From: Octopus bimaculoides
Taxonomy: Eukaryota
Assembly (NCBI RefSeq): GCF_001194135.2
Contig: NC_068994.1
Coordinates: 18,377,198 to 18,441,197, forward strand
Direction of reading: 5' to 3'
DNA: 64,000 nucleotides
This document shows positions 37,180-49,942 of this stretch, piece by piece. Below the pieces are notes generated by a model. The model was not told where the DNA came from, did not search any database, and saw only the letters and a program-made list of their open reading frames with translations. Positions within the stretch are counted from its first letter, which is position 1; each line of letters opens with the position of its first letter. The position numbers and the translations under genes are program-made.

Positions 37180-38530
37180 ACATAGGCACAGGTATGACTG
37201 TGTGGTAAGAAACTTGCTTCCCAACTTCATGTTTCTGAGTTCAGTCCTACTGCATGGCACTTTGAGTGTCTTCTACTATAGCCTTGGATTGACCAATACC
37301 TTGTGAGTGGATTAGGTAGATGGAAACTGAAAGAAGCCTGTCATATGTGTGTGTGTGTGTGTGTGATCGTGTCTGTGTTTATTCCCCCATCACTACTAAA
37401 CAATTGGAATTAGTGTATTTACATCTCTGTAACTTAGCAGTTTAGCAAAAGAGATTGATAAAATAAGTACCAGGCTTAACAAAATATAAGTACTGGGATC
37501 AATTCATTCGACTGAAAATTCTTCAAGATGGTGCCCCAGCATGGCCACAGTCTAATAACAAGTTAAAGATAAACACAGGTGCAGGTATGGCTGTGTGGTT
37601 AAGAAGTGTGCATCCCGTTCATATAGTCTTGTCATGGGATATGCAGAAGTAACAAATGGTAAATAATAAGATAGAGAGACCAGTACATAATGGTTTACAT
37701 TTGAAGTAGTTGCGAGTGTGTGTGTGCATGCAAGTGTGTGAATAAAATTATAGGTGGCTGGGTTAAGAAATTTGCTTCACAACTAGATAATTTCAGGTAC
37801 AGTCTCTTGCTATGTAGCGCCTTGGGCAAGCAACTAGTACTGTATTTTTTGGAAGACAAACGCCTTGAGAGTGAAGCCTTCAGATGCACATATCTATCAA
37901 TATATATATATATGTATGTGTGTGTGTGTGTGTGAGTGTGTGTATACAAGGGTTGCGAGCTGGTAGAATCATTGGCACATCAGTACCAGTTGTCAAGGAT
38001 GGTGGGGAACAAACACAGATACAAAGACCCTCCCCCCACATATATACAATGGGCTTCTTTCAGTTTTCATCCAGCAAATCCACTCACAAGGCTTTGATTA
38101 ACCTGAGGTTATAGTAGAAGACACTTGCCCAAGGTTCCATGCGGTGGGATTGAACCTGGAACTATGTGGTTGGAAAGCAAGCTTCTTACCACAGCCTTGC
38201 TTGTGCCTATCATATTTTTTCTTTTACTTGTTTCAGTTATTTGACTGCAGCCATGCTGAAGCACCACCTTTAGTTGAAAAAAAAACGACCCCAGGACATA
38301 TTCTTTGTAAGCCTAGTACTTATTCTAATGGCCACTTTTGCCGAACCGCTAGTTTACAGGGACATAAACATGCCAACATTAGTGTCAAGCAATGGTGGGG
38401 GACAAACACCGAGACACAAATACACACACATGACAGGCTTCTTTCAGTTTCCTAACATGCCATGCAGTGGGACTGCACCCAGAACCATGTGGCTGGGAAG
38501 CAAGCTTCTTACCACACAGCCACTCCTGCA
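37180..38530. mobile_element. cluster of four family A copies or fragments in both orientations
   Basis: + at 37180-37570 and 37740-37910; - at 37985-38200 and 38215-38530. Confidence 0.75.
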
Positions 38531-39400
38531 CCTATCAATAATATTAATACACCAACTTGTTTTTGTACGCACGTACCTGTGGTGTGTGTCACACTTCAAA
38601 GGAAGAAGTGAGTGACAAAGCGGGAGAGTGGAGGACAGAGAAGTGAGAGACATAGTGATTGGTGATGGCATTTGTTTTGTGTTTTTAAATGTTTATCACA
38701 TCGCAAGAAAAATAGATATATAGATGCATACACACATTGTTAAATTAAAAGCGAGAGAGAGGAAGGACACAGAGGAAGAAAGAGAGGAAGTGAGAGAGAC
38801 AGTAGATACATAGATCGAAAGAAAAGTTCATACATACATACATACATACATACATACAGAGACACATTGTTAAATCAAAGACAACTACATAAAAAATTGG
38901 ATGTCACTTTCACTTTTCATTACCACACCAGGATAAAATTAACTCACAAGTGGTTGAGTACTCCACAGACATGCATACCATTAACATAGTTCTCAGGGAG
39001 ATTCAGCCTCACACAGAATATGACAAGGCTGGCTGATTTGAATTACAGCTACAACTCATTTTGGCCAGCTGAGTGGACTGCAGCAAGATAAACCTTCAAG
39101 TGGTTGGAAGAAAATGATAAAAGATCCTATATAAGGGCGGGAAAATCTTTTTAGTTGTTAGAGTCACTATGGGTGTTAATCTGGTCCTAACAGTGGTATT
39201 TGTGGGTCTCAATATCTGGAGGCTAAGCCCCCAGATAAACACTGATGCACAGGCAGTTGTTATCAAACTGAGTGTGAGTCGAGGGCGAATACATGATGGA
39301 ATAGCAATTATTTCGTCTTAGCTTTCACTGCTTATACTAAACACTTGACATTTTTGGTTTACAATATGGAACATTTTCTTCTCCTTTCACTCTTTTTAAA

Positions 39401-39719
39401 AACGGCACTCCGTCGGTTACGACAATGAGGTTCCTGTTTATCTCATCAACAGAACAGTTTGCTCATAAAATTAACTCACAAGTGGTTGAGTACTCCACAG
39501 ACATGCCTACCATAAGGTAGTTCTCAGGAAGATTCAGCCTCACACAGAATGTGACAAGGCTGGCCCCTTTGAATTACAGGTACAACTCATTTTTGCCAGC
39601 TGAATGGACTGTAGTAAGTAGAGTACCTTTCTCAAGAACACAGTGTGCCGCAGGGAATCGTACTCATGACTTTACAATCATGGGCTGAATACCCCTAACC
39701 GCTGAGTCACACACCTTCT
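39401..39719 (-). mobile_element. chimeric SINE (family F): E-type head and centre, D-type 3' end
   Basis: 39580-39719 aligns to the E head; 39401-39580 aligns to the D 3' half. Confidence 0.65.
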
Positions 39720-41907
39720 CTCTCTTAACCGTAGAGAAAATAAGTGAAGCAATAGAAACATAGAAAAGAAAGCCTCAGTCATTTACAATGGCAATTAGAC
39801 TGAAATACAATCGATCTTTTCTAGCTTCTTTACTTTTAACAATGAAGAAGATGGAAAGACATTTAGTAATGAATAGAGGGAAAGTCTTTCAGGTGTTTGT
39901 TTTCATTCTGGGAGTTCTAGAATGATTGAGTGCTAGTTCTTTCCCCCACCCCAGGTACTTATTTGCCTGCTTTCATAGTTCATGTCTTTTAGTTGGGGGG
40001 AAAGACCATGTTTTTGTCAGGCATGTTTAACGTTTCCTTTACAAAGTACAAACAAGCCCCACTCCCTTCCTTTTGTAGAAAAACTAATACAAATTTCGAA
40101 TGGAGTATAGCCGTAAAAATATATGCATTTCAGAAAATAATGAACTTTTATTAAAATAAAATCAAGTGAATACACTGCCATCCTGAGAGCTGAGTGGAGG
40201 ATGATCAAAACATTCGCATCTAGTTAAGGATTATACCATGTGTTTGTCTGAACAATCATTGGCTCAGTTCACCAAACAGTAAATAGTGAAGTTTGTGAGT
40301 TCCGATAAGTTTGTATGCCCTGAGAAGTAAAGGAAGAGGACATTCTGAGGAATTTTCAACTGTATGATTTATTCCAGAACATCAGAAGGTTCCTCTCTCC
40401 TCTGCCTCACACAACATACAAATTTATCCAAACTCTCGAACTTGTTTGTATAATTTTTACCCACACAGACAGACTACTATCAGTTTTCTGAGACTACTTT
40501 TAACTATAAATAGATATCATGCAATAAAGCAGGGATCAGTGTATCTTGCAAGTGGGAATATTGAGTAACTGATGAAGTTTTATTAATTTATAGTGCTGAT
40601 TTCAAGCCCCGAGGTAGGCCTTGAGCAAGCAATGAGAAATCACTCCTGGTTATCCTCACAAAAAAAGTCCTGAAGTTGGAAGCATCACATGGAGCTCAAT
40701 TTTTATGTAAGGATTCCAGAAGCATGCGACAATTAATGAGGTGGAAAAGAGAGGAGAAAATTAATTATAAATATATTTCTCTTTTAATGATGCTCAAATA
40801 TGATTAAGAAAATATAGAAAAAAATTCCAAACAACATTACAGATTTCATTCATGTCAATTGCAATGGCGTATTTATTCTCTCTCTCCCTGCATATATGAG
40901 TATGTGAGTGGGGTGGAGCGGTGGGGTATGAAATTGTACCTTTTCTTCTTCAGATTAGTAATAATATGGCAGGTATGAAATAAAGGACGTATTTATTACC
41001 AGATAAAGCATATATAAAACGAGAAAATAAATGAGATTTTAAAAAATAACTAACAACAATACAACATACCAGACAATTGGTAAATGCAGGATATTAAAGG
41101 AAATATAGTGAAAAATGCTGTTGCAGAAAAGGTGTCTTTCTGCAACAAAATATTGGCATATTGACCTGTACTGGTTTTCTCCTATTCATTGGAACAGAAC
41201 ATACTTCAAAAAAAAAAAGTGTGTTGTGCACAATCTCTATAATAGTCATAGAAGAGAATTGAAGGATTTTGGTAGGTTTTTTTTTTATAAGGTAAATTAT
41301 ATTACACATTATAAGCACTGATCTGAGAAGGAAAAAAAGTAACAAGTTTTCTGTTGATTTTTCCCACCTCAAACTGATGCATATAATATGTAATATCATT
41401 TAGAATTCAAAAGTGTTTAGCTAATTTAAAGAATGATGTCAAAGCAATTATTCCTGACTGCTAGCTAGTAAGTTACGTTATCCCCCCCCACCCCCACCGC
41501 CATCTGTAAGCTTGCAGGTGAAGCTAATGGTGTTTTCACTGATAAATAAAATTACTGCTTCAAAAGGAGTCTGTTTCAATATTCATATTCAGTATTCAAT
41601 ATTGATGATGAGTGGAAACATACTGATGCATGATTATAAATTCAATATATTTTAACATTATAATAGGTTGCAAGTATGTTAATTATTTATTAGTATATCA
41701 AAATACTTGTAGGTTGCAACAGGTGTTTTAAGTCTTTATTTTCCCATCCAAACCTGTGACTCAATTAAACTATGAAGTAGAAAAGCTATCTATACATTTA
41801 TTTTATTACTGGACACCTGTGGATATAGCCATGGGTCATAAATATTCAGTTTTTCAGTTAATTACTTGCAGCAAATGTATTTAAAGGCTTTAATTGAATA
41901 AATTACA

Positions 41908-42006
41908 TGAGAGCACCGGTTCTCGTCCGATCACCGAAGTTAAACAACGTTGAGCCTAGTGAGTACTTAGATGAGTGACCGCTTGGGAAACCTAGGGTCT
42001 GTAAGC
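41908..42006 (+). pseudogene. 5'-truncated 5S rRNA-derived sequence
   Basis: GCACCGGTTCTCGTCCGATCACCGAAGTTAAACAACG..AGTACTTAGATGAGTGACCGCTTGGGAA..CTGTAAGC follows invertebrate 5S rRNA from about nt 20 to the 3' end. Box A-like at 41938-41952, box C-like at 41968-41980, no T-run terminator. Confidence 0.85.
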
Positions 42007-42072
42007 GTCACACACTAATGGCAGTGCATCAGCATGGCCGCAGCTCTGAGCTGAAACTACAGCAAAAAAATA

Positions 42073-43085
42073 AGAGTGGCCTTGTGGTAAGTAGCTTGCT
42101 TAACAACCACATGGTTCCGGGTTCAGTCCCACTGCATGGCACCTTGGGCAAGTGTCTTCTACTATAGCCTCGGGCCAACCAAAGCCTTGTGAGTGGATTT
42201 GGTAGACGGAAACTGAAAGAAGCCCATCGTATATATGTGTATGNNNNNNNNNNGTCTATGTTTGTCCCCCCACCATCGCTTGACAACCGATGCTGGTGTG
42301 TTTACATCCCCGTAACTTAGCGGTTCGGCAAAAAGAGACTGATAGAATAAGTACTAGGCTTACAAAGGATAAGTCCTGGGGTCGATTTTCTCAGCTAAAG
42401 GTGGTGCTCCAGCATGGCCGCAGTCAAATGACTGAAACAAGTAAAAGAGTAAAGAGTAATTACGCACACAGACAGACAGACACACACACACACAGACAGA
42501 CAGACACACACACACTCACACACATCATCCTAACATGCACATCATATACAGTAAGCTTCCAAAATGCTTTCACTTTGGCTCAACATACTGCTGAAATATT
42601 GATGGACATTTATCTAACTAAACAAGGAGAAAAGATATATTTTATATAAGTCACAGGCGTGGTTGTGTGGTAAGAAGCTTACTTTCCAGCCACATAGTTC
42701 CGAGTTCAATCCCACTGCGTGGCACCTTGGACAAGTGTTTTCTACTATAGCCTCAGACTGACCAGAACCTTGTGAGTGGATTTGGTAGATGGAAACTGAA
42801 AGAAGCTCATTGGGTGTATGTGTGTGTGTATACATATATATAATGTATGTATGTATTTATGTGTGCATGTGTCTGTTCCCCCACCATCACTTGACAACTG
42901 ATGCTGGTGTGTTTATGTCCCAATAACTTAGTGATTCAGCAAAAGAGACTGATAGAATAAGTACTAGACTTACAAAGAATAAATTCTGGGGTAGATTTCT
43001 TCAACTAGAACGCTTTAACGCAGTGCTCCAGCATGGCCGCAGTCAAATGACTGAAACAAGTGAAATAATAAAGCAATAAAGAGTA
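42073..43085 (+). mobile_element. two tandem family A SINEs
   Basis: 42073-42455 and 42655-43085. Confidence 0.85.
42244..42253. other. assembly gap
   Basis: N run inside a SINE microsatellite. Confidence 1.
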
Positions 43086-43839
43086 AATTTATTCAATAAA
43101 ATCGCCATTGGCTTCAATCACAGCCTCCAGATGACTTCGGAATCTCCTGCAACTCTTCTGGATGGTCTCCTTGTGTAAGTTGGTGAATGTTGCTTTAATC
43201 CTTGCCTTCAATTCATCTTTAGTGTTACAAGGAGTTTTGTTGGTCTCTCGCTCAACTATGCCCCACACATGATAATCAAAGGGGTTGCAGTCTGGGGAGT
43301 TAGGTGGTGAGATGTTAGGGGTGATATGGTCGCAGAAATTGTCTGACAGCCATGACTGGGTTCTGCTGCTTGTGTGGCATGGTGCAGTGTCCTGTTGCCA
43401 AATATAGGGTCTTCCAGCAGCCACCCTCTTGACCCAGGGCAGCACTACCGCCTCCAGGCACTTGATGTAGGCATCTGTGTTAAGACTGAGGAGATGAGAA
43501 GACTGAGGCCATGTGAAAAGATGAAAGGAGGCAAAACGTCACCATCATTAGTGATCACTCCAAATACCATGATGTTGATTGGATGTTTGATTTTTATCAC
43601 TCTCGGTTCATGTCCTCAGACTGACACCCCAACACTCTGAAATGCTCATATTGGAACCTCCAGCATGAATACCAAGCAGTACAGCATGTCGTTTTGAAAT
43701 TTCTGGCAGAGTGAATAGTGTCATGGTGCTGTTTTTCTCACAGACAGTGCCCAATTGACCTTACTATAACATGCAGTTGACAAAATCAAAAGCAAACATT
43801 AAAAGTATAAAATGGTGACAATTTACCCATCGTATCCTG
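43081..43839 (-). mobile_element. Tc1/mariner DD37D (maT) internally deleted copy 1
   Basis: ORF 43089-43445 has WQQDTAPCH..PPNSPDCNPFD with 37 residues between the 2nd and 3rd catalytic D. Terminus CAGGATACGATGGGTAAATTGTC abuts TA at 43840. The left end is lost next to a SINE. Confidence 0.9.
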
Positions 43840-43875
<36 letters not shown>

Positions 43876-44142
43876 TATTTATATATATATATATATACAC
43901 ACATATTTATATATATATACAGACACACAGACACAGACATATATATATAGAAATTACACATTTCTATGGATTGTGGAGGGTTTTGTAACTTCTCTTCATA
44001 AAACTTATGGTATAATATAATGCAATATGGTGTTTATATTTATAAGTGTACTATATATCGTTTACCGTTTACTTGTTTCAGTCATTAGACTGTGGCCATG
44101 CTGGGGCACCACCTTCAGAAATTCTATAAAATTTTGATATAC

Positions 44143-44178
<36 letters not shown>

Positions 44179-44619
44179 TTGTATGTATGTATAGATGATA
44201 GCTTTATGTACATATGTGGTATTTTTATACCATCTCATATTTTTATTCTTTCTTATATCATTTCATGTTTTTTTCATAATGTTGGTAATTTTTATATAAA
44301 AATATTTTTTCAAGGTTTTTTTTAAAAATAAGTTTACCTGATATAGAAATATTTATCTTATTTTTGTAGCCTTTAATCTCTGGTTTTGATTCAATATGTA
44401 CTCCTGCTCTGATGATATCTTAATTTGAGTATAGGTTCATTGTGGAATAGTTTTAGCATGACCACCTTAGCAATATGTTAGGAAAAGGCCTTATGAGCTC
44501 TCTCTTGTATATCAAAGCACCCCACTTTTAAGGTTTAGGTTGATTTATCTATCCTTTTTCTCTTACATGGTTCTAAAATCCTTCTTTAAATTTTAATAAA
44601 ATATATAAATTTTTGCTAA

Positions 44620-44850
44620 GTTAGGATACACCTCATTTCCCTCACCTTTAATTCCCACATTTGGAACTCATTGTGACTTCTTTTGCTTCCCAATCTATGC
44701 AGCTTTTATTTGATAATTATTTGACAATATGTTTAGCTACCCCTGTCGTTCCTCTTTCTGGTTATCACTTCTTCTTTATCTGCCATTATCTTACTAGCAA
44801 CCCTGATATATTTCCTTTTATGTAGATAAGGCTGAATATATGGTCCCAGT
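44620..44850 (-). mobile_element. Penelope-like GIY-YIG endonuclease fossil
   Basis: Frameshifted minus-strand order IYS..C..KYI..SK..IKE.RSD....GVAKHI..IDWEAKEV fits the PLE endonuclease pattern YIG.T.R..RIKEH..A.H..IDW. Confidence 0.5.
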
Positions 44851-45207
44851 AAAATAGCCCCCACTCCCACCCCACTAGGGAGAGTATTTGACATTAATTA
44901 ATTATCACCATCAACAAGAACTTAACTGTCAGTTCCCAATGGATTTAGTTCTAAGGGCTGGTAGACAACAGGCTGCATTAAGTCTTATGAATGTGATAAA
45001 GATAAATATAAATGTAGCTATATCACCATTCCTCTTTCTTGATCCCCATTATTTTCACCTGCCACCCTAAATTGTAGTAGGCTTTAGGTATACATTCTAT
45101 CCCTAAATTCATTCTGCCACAAAAATGGCAAATTGAAACAATGTAATTATTTTAGTCTCTTGTACTAATGAAATTTTGCTAAAAAATAATGGATTGTTCT
45201 TTATGTT

Positions 45208-45608
45208 GGAAGGCTGTGTGGTAAGTAGCTTGCTCACCAACCACATGGTTCCGGGTTCAGTCCCACTGCGTGGTACCTTGGGCAAGTGTCTTCTACTATA
45301 GCCTCGGGCTGACCAAATCTTTGTGAGTGGATTTGGTAGATGGAAACTGAAAGAAGCCCATCGTATATATGTATATATATGTATGTGTGTGTGTATATGT
45401 TTGCGTGTCTGTGTTTGTCCCCCCAACATCGCTTGACAACCGATGCTGGTGTGTTTACGTCCCCGTAACTTAGCGGTTTGGCAAAAGAGACCAATAGAAT
45501 AAGTACTAGGCTTCCAAAGAATAAGTCCTGGGGTCGATTTGTTTGACTAAAAGTGGTGCTCCAGCATGGCCACAGTCAAATGACTAAAACAAGTAAAAGA
45601 GTAAAAGA
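45208..45608 (+). mobile_element. young family A SINE
   Basis: Near-identical to 57513-57913. Confidence 0.9.
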
Positions 45609-46107
45609 GGTCATCTGCATCTAAGGAGAGCAGTTTATTTCAAATTGATATAATGTTTTCATTGATTGATTAAATGGAGCTGCTTGAAATGGCCATAATG
45701 CATTGATACCTGGACATCCTTGTTACATATTTGCTTTTTATTCACCTAACTTCGAGCTGCGTGGACTATACTGGACTGGCTTGGTGCCTCAATTTAAGTA
45801 CCTAATTCAACTGCATCTTAATTATATATACACATATATTTACTGCATACATACTCACATACATACATTTACATACCTACGCTTAGATTTAGAATGGTGG
45901 CAGCTGATGAAGGAAATATTCTCTATGTGGCCTGTGTGTTTTCTGTGCTCTGTTTATCATTTTGTCCACATTTTTTTGCAACGTCCTGTACCCAGACATG
46001 CATCTATATATACATGTAGATGTAGGTATGTACATAGATGTACGTATATATGCATATACTCATATATTATTTGTATTATATATTTAAATACATAGACATG
46101 CACACAC

Positions 46108-46151
<44 letters not shown>

Positions 46152-46953
46152 ATGCACAATGTATACATGGACAGCTAAAATTACATAGATTTCTACTCAT
46201 TATTTAATTAACCTTTGCTTGTCCTGTATATCACATCCAATAAATACACAGGACATATTTTACCTGGTGTCCATGTATCACATAGTATACATGTTTCAAC
46301 CGCCAGAGTAACTTGGGACGTATTAAAGAAAGCTTTACATTACTCAGAACATATCTGAAAATAAGCATCGATGGTTGAGGGTAAACTTATGGAACTGCTT
46401 TGGATGGGCCAAAGGTTGAATCATCTGTCAGTGTTTCAATAAAATATAGAGCCACAGTGAAAGTATCATAGCAGTTTATATTGCATTTGATGATGGAGAG
46501 AGTAAGGGGAGGCGGAGGGAGGGTGAGAGAGGGAAAGAAAGATAAATAGATAGATAGATAGATAGAGATGAAGTCACATTGCCAGTTATATAAATAGCTA
46601 GTTTCACTGAGATAATTTAAGGAAGCCAAATTGCAATAAGAACACAAAACTTTGTTTTTGATTGATAAAGAGTTGATGATGCAGATCTTGGGTTCCATCC
46701 TTGATTACACATTTACACTGATCAAACTTGCACACTGATCGCTCATTGTATTTCTATGTAATAGTCAAGCATAATAAACCATATCCATAAATGATTTAAC
46801 CTTAAAGCATTTAAACCAACCACATCCAGCCAAAATGTTTTATCCATTTTATATTCAAACCATCCAGATCTGGCTTTTCACACCTACCCAACTATGTTGT
46901 TGCGGAAATAAACAATTACACCATTGAAATCTCAAAGCTATGAGATAATGCAT

Positions 46954-47410
46954 ACTCCTTACTCTTTTTACTTGTTTCAGTCATTTGACTGCGGCCATGC
47001 TGGAGCACCGCCTTTTTAGTCGAATAAATTGACCCCAAGACTTATTCTTTGTAAGCCTAGTACTTATTCTATCGGTCTCTTTTGCTGAACCGCTAAGTTA
47101 CGGGGACGTAAACACACCAGCATCGGTTGTCAAGCGATGTTGGGGGCACAAACACAGACACACAAACATATACACACACATACATACATATATATATATA
47201 TATATANNNNNNNNNNNNNNNNNNNNNNNNNNNNNNNNNNNNNNNNNNNNNNNNNNNNNNNNNNNNNNNNTATATACATACACATGATGGGCTTCTTTCA
47301 GTTTCCGTCTACCAAATCCACTCACAAGGCTTTGGTCGGCCCAAGGCTATAGTAGAAGACACTTGCCCAAGATGCCACGCAGTGGGACTGAACCCGGAAC
47401 CATGTGGTTC
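46954..47410 (-). mobile_element. young family A SINE inserted in an H1 MITE (46800-46953)
   Basis: Family A reverse complement; N gap in its microsatellite. Confidence 0.9.
47207..47270. other. assembly gap
   Basis: N run inside a SINE microsatellite. Confidence 1.
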
Positions 47411-48643
47411 TTAAAGCAGATTTTAAATCTTTTAACAATTCCTGAGGAAATTCCATCAGGAAAACTAGTACAAAACAGTTAAAACTATAACATTCAACTA
47501 TGAATTGACATAATAACTAATTTTAACATGTCTTGGCCTGGATTGGTTGTTTAACCACACCGTAGGATGATGATGATTACGACGATGATGATGACGATGA
47601 TGATGATGATGATGATGACAACAACTATCAGGTAATGCAAGATTATGGAGAATTACCCAATCTGTTGCAATTGGTTGTAATGACTACTATATATAATCAA
47701 TTCTTATTTTTTTGTCAATGATTAAAAAAAAAAGAGGAGGCAAGTGTATGAGAGAGAGAGAGAGAGAGACTAAGTAATAAGAAAATGGGAAAGGAAGGAA
47801 AAGAAATCCAATATTTATATTAAAGATTGAAGATGATTATAAAAGAAACTTAGGTTTACTTCTACCTAGATAACATTTTGCTCATAATGTTCACTTGGGC
47901 AATCATTTATAAATATAATGCAGCTGGCATGCTGTTGAGGACTATCAACAAATCCACAAAAAACTACAATAATTATGACTGAAGATAAATCATCCAATTT
48001 TATGAGTAATATTTTCAGGTTACTGACTTCCTTCTAAATATAGTTAATTCAAAGAGAAAAAAGGGAAAGACATTTAAAAAAAATTTAGAATGAAAACAAT
48101 GACCTGAATATATTCTGCATAAAAAATAATAATGACTTGTCTGTTAGTTTATAAACGTATATTATGTCTCTAGTAATTTAGAACAACCTGTCAATGTTGT
48201 TGATTTTGGCTAATTTTTTATCCTAACCTAATTATTTTTAATTGTTACAGATGTGTTGATCATGACAGATTGATTAACTATTAGGTGGTAGCAAATAAAC
48301 AACAATGTGTTTATACTGATGAAGTACAAAAACATGTATATCTACTAAAATACAGAAGAAATATGTATTTACTCAAATACAGAAGAAAATATATTATTTC
48401 TCTACAATTTTCATTCTACTTCTTCATCAAAATACAGTTACTGTCTCCTCTCCATACATATGATGGGTGTTAGACTAAACCTGAACCTATGCTTTGGGTG
48501 ACTTTAGCAGAAATTGCTTTGCTGCAAGCATGAGCACCATAACTTTTGTTTAAGAGTATCTTCATCTAACCCACCAGTTTTGGAGACCCTGTAAAGCAGT
48601 GATTCTCAATGGTAGATCCCTACAGCCATTCAATGTTCAGGTC

Positions 48644-49150
48644 TTACTCTTTTACTCTTTTTACTTGTTTCAGTCATTTGACTGCGGCCATGCTGGAGCA
48701 CCGCCTTTAGTCAAACAAATCGACCATAGGACTTATTCTTTGTAAGCCTAGTACTTATTCTATCGGTCTCTTTTGCTGAACCGCTAAGTGACGGGGATGT
48801 AAACACACCAGCATCGGTTGTCAAGCGATGGTAGGGGGACAAACGCACATACATACATATATATACATTATTTAAAAGCAGCAGAAATATAACAAAAGAC
48901 TGTTACTCTGAGTTTCACGTTCCCATTCATCAGACAGTTTTTTCCACCTTGTTGCACATTTTATGTGCTTACTCCGGTATATATACATACATATATATGA
49001 CGGGCTTCTTTCAGTTTTCGTCTATCAAATCCACTCACAAGGCTTTGGTCGGACCGAGGCTATAGTAGAAGACACTTGTCCAAGGTGCCACGCAGTGTGA
49101 CTGAGTGACTGTGGTGGTAAGCAAGCTACTTACCACACAGCCACTCCTGC
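48644..49150 (-). mobile_element. young family A SINE carrying a ~110-bp hammerhead insert
   Basis: Both halves are intact around the insert at 48868-48977. Confidence 0.9.
48899..48938 (-). ncRNA. minimal type I hammerhead ribozyme
   Basis: Minus strand reads ACUGU-CUGAUGA-AUG(GGAA)CGU-GAAA-CUCAGA-GUA/ACAGU. Full catalytic core, 5-bp stem I, 3-bp stem II with GNRA loop, near-palindromic stem III ACUCAGAGU, GUA cleavage triplet (cut between 48904 and 48903). Confidence 0.8.
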
Positions 49151-49847
49151 ATCTTCTAAATATTTCTTTCAAAAATTTTATTTCGTCTATCACACATTCA
49201 TTTGTATAAGCCAGAAAAACCTAGCTGTTTCTTGCAATAAATACATCCAAATCAAACTTTCTTTTTCCTGCACCCATAAAACATTACTGCAGACCCAATT
49301 TACTATCTTGCTTGTGTGGACAAGCAAAAATCTTATATGGACCATAAGGGGTCATATAGACCCTGGTTAAGAACCACTGATTTAAAGGATCATGAGGCCT
49401 CCCTCTCTTATGACTAAAAAAAAAAACAATCATACAAAAAATAATAAAAATAAAAATAACACTGTTTAATTTGCAAATTTTTCTGAATGACACCAAAGCA
49501 AGTAAAAACATTTGTTACATGAAATGATGTTTAGATCAACAAAAAATTGTTTACAGAGAAATCTTTTAAGATTTGACACTTGCAAATGTTGTTTATTGGG
49601 TTAAGCTTCAGTGTGAGCAAGGAAGTAGCAGGTAACTCAATGCTGTAACATGCACTCAATAAGTTGAAAGGTGTGTGATGTTGAAGACATTCCCCCAAAA
49701 GATCACTTGTACCACCATTTCTCAACAGTTCTTATATTTCTTCAATGTTTGTGAAGCACTATTAGTTCTATTTGTTGATCAAATATTGGATAAACAGTGT
49801 TGGTGTAGTAATTATATACACACATAGCTATGCAAATGTGTGCGTGT

Positions 49848-49876
49848 GTATGTATGTATGTATGTATGTATGTATG

Positions 49877-49938
<62 letters not shown>
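49848..49938 (+). repeat. (TATG)n(TA)n microsatellite
   Basis: Read directly. Confidence 0.95.

Positions 49939-49942
<4 letters not shown>

Noticed and set aside
39127-39148. TATA box next to an E2F-like GGCGGGAAA
   Set aside because: Isolated among repeat remnants with no downstream exon; may be a decayed transposon end.
46280-46320. GAAAC-AT-GTA palindrome on minus
   Set aside because: No CUGANGA or stem II upstream.
46264-46354. 91-nt AG/GT-bounded segment on minus with one open frame
   Set aside because: The open frame ends in phase 0, incompatible with the phase-1 NHR1 acceptor, and has no homology. It could only be a UTR exon.
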